From Promethearchaeia archaeon (lineage in GTDB: Archaea > Asgardarchaeota > Lokiarchaeia > Sigyniarchaeales > SOKP01): a stretch of DNA of 64,000 nt. Location of the stretch: assembly GCA_046483985.1 (NCBI GenBank), contig JAWOCD010000006.1, positions 32,001 through 96,000 of the forward strand, written 5' to 3'. Below, piece by piece: positions 58,714 to 64,000 of the stretch (its first letter is position 1; the number at the start of each line of letters is the position of its first letter). The position numbers and the translations under genes were made by a program. Under the pieces are notes generated by a model, which saw nothing but the letters and a program-made list of their open reading frames with translations, had not been told where the DNA came from and did not search any database.

Positions 58714-61065
58714 CTAATCGTGACATAAACGCTTAAGTAATGTTGGATCAACTATTTCTCGTGGTTCCCAACCGTTCTCTTCGAGATAGTCCTTGATTTC
58801 GGATTTCATACTGATTGGGATATCTGAATCGACTCGAATAAATTTATCCAGATCTTCTGGAAAGTCGACTCCTTTATATTTTCGTTCAAGATCAATCCAG
58901 TGTGATAATTTGATCATCCGTCCTTTTGAGTTATCGGCCGGTCGCATACACATTTTTGCGGCTAAGCAAATTGCCTCTTCGATATCCTCAGCAGTAGTTA
59001 GCAAGTGTTCTGGACCAGGCCCGACAAGGTGATCAGCTGTACCATCTCTGGCATTATAAACCTTCCAATCCTCTTCCTTATCAGCGCGTCCAAGGTACAT
59101 CCGTCTATATTCTGCAGCATGAGGTCCAACAATAGCTGGAATACCCATACTATTACAACTGCTGGCAATACTGGCAGCTTTTTGACTCATTGCACCCCAA
59201 GCAATACCACAAGCTCCAACACGATTCAAAATATAATCGGCAATCTCCTCGAAATTGCCTCTCAGCGGTCGTCGTGCAAATATGTTCGCAACTTTACAAG
59301 CTGCTCCATTGATATGTGGATTAGACACACAAGAACCCACATTTACTAAACCACCGCGATCAAAATCTCCCGGAAATCTATCATATAAGGTCTCTCCGTC
59401 TTCGTTCTTTACCAATCCAATATCCATTGCGGCACAGCCAGAAACTACAACAATGAAATTACGTTTACAAAATTCCTCCGCAAGTTTATAAAGCTCTTGG
59501 ATTTCCTTTCCATAGTTTGCGCAACCAATAATTGCAACAATACCCGGAATTTCTCCAAGGACAATCGGCGCTCCGACATTTCGAACCTCGGTATCTCGAA
59601 TAGGTCCTCTTCCTACGCGGATGTTAAATTTCTCGTTTCGGATCTTCTCTCTGCCAGCATGCATTATCAAGGTTAGCGGCGAAACGTCTTTCATACAGTC
59701 TACCTCACAGCGTCCGCAATCAAGACATGCATCAAAACATTTATCTGCTAAGATCGAGAAATCTCCCTTTTTTGCCAATTTTACCCCTTCAACAAGAGGT
59801 AAATCGTTGGGACAATTGCGCTGACAATTGCCGCATCCGTTACAGCGAAGGGCCATTTCAATACAACCTTCTTTATCTGGAACAGCACTCTTTCCTCTTC
59901 GCAAGGGTTTCACTTTAATTGCTGTTTTCACAGCCACCTTTCCGGCTTTTATAGGATCTAGTATCAGTACTCCATCAGCATTTCCACTTACCAAATCATC
60001 AACAATTTCCTCAGCAGGATCATCTGTTCTGTCGGGAAGACCATTCATATTTTTTTCATTCGTTGCAATGAATGGAGCGTCAACTAACTTGGCTTGCTCA
60101 TATGAGCGAAGGTTTACACATTGCTCATCTACCATTACCACATCGGCGAGTCCAGAGCGAATAAAATGCATTTGTCGGGAAAGTGAACCCACAATCTTGG
60201 CCCCATCATAATATCTGGTTAAATCCAGAGCGGTACAACAAATTGCTCCTACATCAACTTTATCGTCTACCCCCGCTTCTCTCATATAATCTACTAATTC
60301 AATACCGGGCGCAACATTGTGCCCAATCATGAGAATAGTTGCTTTATTTTCGGTATCTAAAGTTCCCATTCCAAGTTCCACGATTGGGACATCAGGCTCT
60401 CCGACCGGAAACCCATAAGCTGCAATCTGAATTGCATCAGCAATTTCCATTCCTACAGCATCACAGAGCCCAGCTAACATCGATTTCGCTTCGTAATCTT
60501 TATGACTGGCTTCTTGGCCTGTATGTCCTGCGGCTAATAAATGAGTAATATTAAATTGAACCCATTCCATTGCCTCTTCTAAATCTTCCAGATCCTCTGG
60601 TTTCATTCCCACAATTAATCGGGTCATAGGCATCTCTACTTCAATATTATTACCAAAATCAAGTGGTACATTACCGTACTTTTCTTTTAACCAATGAAGG
60701 AGATGATCACCATGAGCAGAGTGGCAAGAGGCGCCAATACAGCACGCAATCTCAACAATTCGAGCTTGTTGGGTCTCCATATTTATACCGCATGCACCAG
60801 TCCTTCCCTTGGAAAGGTTACATTTTCCAAACGTACAAAGACAACACATATCACAAATTGGCATGTAAAATGGTTCATATCGATCCATTAGTTTAAAGAA
60901 CCACGGTCTGAGAGAAGGTATATGAGGCTTAGGTGTGGGGCCCATAGGTTCCCATTCTTCTTCTGCTCCGTATTGAACTTTTCCAGTTGAGAATTCAAAT
61001 CCTTTTATTGAACCCAATGGACCTTCGTACTCATCAATTTTAAGTTTTGCCCCTTTTTTACTCAT
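58714..61065 (-). CDS. cdhA: CO dehydrogenase/acetyl-CoA synthase complex alpha subunit, copy 1
   Basis: Same motifs as copy 2; ATG 61065 (MSKKGAK) chosen by alignment with the paralogue. Confidence 0.96.
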   Translation of the reverse strand: MSKKGAKLKIDEYEGPLGSIKGFEFSTGKVQYGAEEEWEPMGPTPKPHIPSLRPWFFKLMDRYEPFYMPICDMCCLCTFGKCNLSKGRTGACGINMETQQARIVEIACCIGASCHSAHGDHLLHWLKEKYGNVPLDFGNNIEVEMPMTRLIVGMKPEDLEDLEEAMEWVQFNITHLLAAGHTGQEASHKDYEAKSMLAGLCDAVGMEIADAIQIAAYGFPVGEPDVPIVELGMGTLDTENKATILMIGHNVAPGIELVDYMREAGVDDKVDVGAICCTALDLTRYYDGAKIVGSLSRQMHFIRSGLADVVMVDEQCVNLRSYEQAKLVDAPFIATNEKNMNGLPDRTDDPAEEIVDDLVSGNADGVLILDPIKAGKVAVKTAIKVKPLRRGKSAVPDKEGCIEMALRCNGCGNCQRNCPNDLPLVEGVKLAKKGDFSILADKCFDACLDCGRCEVDCMKDVSPLTLIMHAGREKIRNEKFNIRVGRGPIRDTEVRNVGAPIVLGEIPGIVAIIGCANYGKEIQELYKLAEEFCKRNFIVVVSGCAAMDIGLVKNEDGETLYDRFPGDFDRGGLVNVGSCVSNPHINGAACKVANIFARRPLRGNFEEIADYILNRVGACGIAWGAMSQKAASIASSCNSMGIPAIVGPHAAEYRRMYLGRADKEEDWKVYNARDGTADHLVGPGPEHLLTTAEDIEEAICLAAKMCMRPADNSKGRMIKLSHWIDLERKYKGVDFPEDLDKFIRVDSDIPISMKSEIKDYLEENGWEPREIVDPTLLKRLCHD

Positions 61066-61411
61066 AATATTTTTCACATCATTTATGTTTACTTTTTTCA
61101 ATTAAATTAATTAATTAGATTTATATTCGCTTGTATTTTAAATTAATCTAATTCTAGGTAGTTAGAGTTTTTGTGAATTTAAAATATAATTATTATGATT
61201 TAAAATCCAGAATTCAAAAATACTTAACTAAAAAATGTGTGAGATTTCAAACTTGAAGCTTCAAACTAAGAAATCCAACATTATTGATTTTGAATGATTA
61301 TTCATATACGGGAATCATCGATTGCGATTAACTCGATTCCGCACTCTTGGCACTTGTTTTCGATTTTCTTTCGAAATATATCGAACGATCAAAAGATTTA
61401 ACTCAGAACCG

Positions 61412-62008
61412 TTAAAGTGCGGTGAGAAATTCGGAGATCTCACTCTCATCTTTTTCGCTGTCGACATCTTCCTCATCGAACTCCTCCAAGAGCAACTCAT
61501 ATTCATAAACACACGCTTCATCGCCCAAAAGCACGCATTGTATCTCTTCTCCAGTGGTGTCGATTTCCAAGTTTTCGAGGATGCCTTCAAAAATGCCGTT
61601 TGAGAGGATGCATAAATTTTTGGCCATTATATTCTCTCTTTCTTCTAAAGGGAGCGGATTTTTTATCATTATTATAATACGGTCCTTTTTAAAAACGGTT
61701 GAAATCTTACCGTATCCTAATTGAACGAGTTCATCCATAATGGAATTAATAATTTCCTTTTTCTTGGACAGCGATTCTCCAGACCAATCTTCATCTGGGT
61801 ATATATTATTACAAATATATTTTCCAATGGTTTTTCCCACCCATATTATGGTTTCCTCTGCATTTGTTCCGGCAAATTCGATAAATTCAATTAAATCAAT
61901 TGGACGGAGCATAAGTAATCGAAGATCTCCTTTTACATCCTCCAAAAATAATTGTCCTTTATCGGTATCTATATTTATATTAGAAAATTTTTTGGAACGT
62001 TTAAACAT
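61412..62008 (-). CDS. V4R domain protein (Bet3/TRAPP-related fold) with an acidic tail
   Basis: GKTIGK, LGYGKI, C....GIFEGIL, EIQCVLLGDEACVY. Confidence 0.85.
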   Translation of the reverse strand: MFKRSKKFSNINIDTDKGQLFLEDVKGDLRLLMLRPIDLIEFIEFAGTNAEETIIWVGKTIGKYICNNIYPDEDWSGESLSKKKEIINSIMDELVQLGYGKISTVFKKDRIIIMIKNPLPLEERENIMAKNLCILSNGIFEGILENLEIDTTGEEIQCVLLGDEACVYEYELLLEEFDEEDVDSEKDESEISEFLTAL

Positions 62009-62153
62009 GAAATATCACTACTATTTCCTTTATTCTTAAATTAATTCTTAATAATTAAAACAATTTTCATTTATTTATATCTTTTTGATATATTTATAAT
62101 CTGTCTAAAAAGAGATCAATTCTGCGATCCAGAAATTCCATGAGAAACTCATT

Positions 62154-63191
62154 TTAAAGTAAGTTTAAAACATTTTCAATAACAGCATTGATATTGTAGC
62201 TTGTTTTCACGGAAGTAAATAAAAATTTCCACTCTCTCCCTTCAATATTGGGAAATTTAAAATAATCAAATAATTCTTGTTTAAGTCTATCTAATTGTTC
62301 TTTCCTAGAATCTGGTTTTAGATTTAATAAATCAACCTTGTTTCCAAGAATCAGTATCGGGATGTCTTGAATTTCATAGCGGTTGATTATTCTCCAAAAC
62401 TCTCGTTTAGCTTCCTTAAACCTTCTTTGGTTTGCAACATCCATAAGGTAGATGATAATGTTGGAATCTTGCAGACCTGTGAGCCATTTTTGACGATAGG
62501 CGCGTTGCCCTGGCATATCCCAGAGGGCAAAAAGTGTATCGCTCTCTTCTAAGTACTCAATATTGAAATTGCGAGTGGGCATAAAGAAATTATCATTAAA
62601 TTTTCCCGTTGTCAACCTTCGAACTAACGAACTTTTCCCTACCTCATCGATCCCAAATAAAAAAACTTTCGAATAGATCTCATCGCCATAGTATTTTAAT
62701 TTCTCTTCGGGAAATTTCTCAACGTACTCATCCCCGTATCGGCGAATGTCAATAAATAAACTTATAAGAAGATTTTCTATTTCATCATCGTTGGCAAGAG
62801 AATTGTCACTTTTCTCATTAAAGTATTCGCTAATGAGCTCTTTAAAGATATCTTTATAATCATAGGGATTATCCTCTTTTTCAAAAATAAGACCGATCAT
62901 AATTTTTTGGCTTAAACTCACCGTATAAATGTTAAGATCACCAATTACTTGGGGGACGGGCTCAGGTAATGAGAAAAGCTCATCAATTTCCAAGACATTA
63001 GCATGATTAATATGGTCTCCATTATTATTTTTTAATTTTGATACCAATTCACCTTGGTCATGCCCAAAAATGATTTTTTCTACCAAATCTCTCTTCTCTA
63101 TTGTGATAATATCATCTGGATATGAATAAATGTTTAAATTGTCTAAATCTTGGATATTTTTCCCTTTAAATAAAAAGATATTATACAGCAA
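62154..63191 (-). CDS. Arf-like small GTPase with an N-terminal longin-like domain
   Basis: GIDEVGKSS, PTRN, WDMPGQ, NKVD, TSVK; about 170-aa N-terminal alpha/beta domain (longin-like by pattern). Confidence 0.82.
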   Translation of the reverse strand: MLYNIFLFKGKNIQDLDNLNIYSYPDDIITIEKRDLVEKIIFGHDQGELVSKLKNNNGDHINHANVLEIDELFSLPEPVPQVIGDLNIYTVSLSQKIMIGLIFEKEDNPYDYKDIFKELISEYFNEKSDNSLANDDEIENLLISLFIDIRRYGDEYVEKFPEEKLKYYGDEIYSKVFLFGIDEVGKSSLVRRLTTGKFNDNFFMPTRNFNIEYLEESDTLFALWDMPGQRAYRQKWLTGLQDSNIIIYLMDVANQRRFKEAKREFWRIINRYEIQDIPILILGNKVDLLNLKPDSRKEQLDRLKQELFDYFKFPNIEGREWKFLFTSVKTSYNINAVIENVLNLL

Positions 63192-63357
63192 GAAATTTCT
63201 CAGAGCTTTCTAAATATTAATCTTTTAAAAGATTAAATTTTCTATATTTAAAAAAATTTTTTATCCTACTCATTAGAACTTCTCTTTATTTAACTTAAGA
63301 AAAAATAAATTTAAATCAAAAATATGATAAGAAAATAAAAGGGAGTTTTTAAAAAAA

Positions 63358-64000
63358 TTATTCCGAATCCGTTTGTTTATCTTGCTGAGATATATCTGTA
63401 TCGTCTTCCTCTGTTTTTTTTTCGGGTTCTGGAAGAGGTTCCGGCTCCGGTATGGTTTCACTAGGTGCAGGTTGCTCGCCAGTTGACGGTTCAGAATCTT
63501 CTTCAGTAGATGTTCGATCGCCCTCAGAACTACTAACTGAAGTTTCACCCACTGGAGTTTCGCAGATCGGGCATTTGGTCCACCCCTTTCTAAGACCATA
63601 ACCACAATTTAAACATTCTCTTAGATTACCTTCTTCTTGCCATTCAGGTATATTTAATTCTTGGCCCTGCCGTTTTTTCTTCAATTCCTCCAATTCCTCC
63701 TCACTCCATACTTCCATACCTTCGGGTATTCCAGAACCTCGTTCTTCTGCTAAATTTTGAAGAGATTCTTTATCCCAAGATTCCATATCAGAGGGTACAC
63801 CACCTTGTCGATTTTGAGCTTGTTCTTGTAATTCTTCTTCGTTCCAAACCTTTAATTCATTTCCTCCTGGAGTTTGGACCGTGGAAGACTGTCCAGGTTG
63901 AGATGGTTGTTGGGAGGAAGTCGGATATGAAGATGTACCTCCTGCTTCCGTTGTTTGTTGTGGGGCGGATTGAGATTGTCCTAGTGCGGATGTCGACACA
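63358..64000 (-). CDS. Zinc-ribbon protein with Trp-acidic tandem repeats and disordered regions, partial (start lies outside the window)
   Basis: W(N/D/S)xExL repeats at 23-aa spacing, CLNCG...CPIC, acidic Pro-rich tail. Confidence 0.75.
   Translation of the reverse strand, partial: VSTSALGQSQSAPQQTTEAGGTSSYPTSSQQPSQPGQSSTVQTPGGNELKVWNEEELQEQAQNRQGGVPSDMESWDKESLQNLAEERGSGIPEGMEVWSEEELEELKKKRQGQELNIPEWQEEGNLRECLNCGYGLRKGWTKCPICETPVGETSVSSSEGDRTSTEEDSEPSTGEQPAPSETIPEPEPLPEPEKKTEEDDTDISQQDKQTDSE

Noticed and set aside
55748-60896. Many plus-strand ORFs, some duplicated
   Set aside because: Antisense shadows of the two cdhA genes; their duplication only reflects the cdhA duplication.
61310-61603. 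ORFs 61315-61590 and 61322-61603 and a short hairpin ggaatc...gattcc
   Set aside because: The ORFs overlap the V4R gene in other frames; the 6-bp stem is too weak to call an RNA.
1-64000. Selenoprotein or pyrrolysine read-through, tRNA and rRNA genes
   Set aside because: No recognised gene is broken by an in-frame TGA/TAG at a catalytic position (the stop in the tnpB remnant is decay), and no cloverleaf or rRNA-like tract was seen by eye; tRNAscan/Infernal were not run.

Overview
AT-rich (roughly 30% GC by eye) archaeal chromosome segment, most likely from an Asgard archaeon of the Lokiarchaeia. This is inferred from Rab-, Rag- and Arf-like small GTPases, roadblock/longin-like, V4R, PCI-like and vWA-RING proteins occurring alongside archaeal CdhA, MtrH-like and POR genes. 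Housekeeping and metabolic genes include carA (partial), pyrG, citrate synthase, a 2-oxoacid:ferredoxin oxidoreductase operon, acyl-CoA enzymes, a GH57 glucanotransferase with a maltokinase-like kinase, kptA, pcm, a U32 protein and two tandem cdhA genes with a ferredoxin. Mobile DNA comprises one complete IS1634-family element that splits an eIF-2B-like gene, many IS200/IS605 remnants (frameshifted tnpA, tnpB head and tail pieces, duplicated left ends, stand-alone right-end/omegaRNA scaffolds) and an IS481-like remnant. Main observations: (1) the POR beta subunit is circularly permuted, with the break inside the ThDP-binding GDG...N motif; (2) two paralogous vWA-RING proteins flank an HhH/Rag-like GTPase/roadblock gene, a candidate GTPase-linked ubiquitin-ligase module; (3) a V4R (Bet3-like) gene follows a longin-like/Arf-like GTPase fusion; (4) a coding-free omegaRNA-like scaffold sits upstream of cdhA; (5) several intergenic regions hold short fossil fragments of unrelated enzymes. 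No CRISPR array, rRNA or tRNA was recognised. All family calls come from motif recognition by eye, not database searches.
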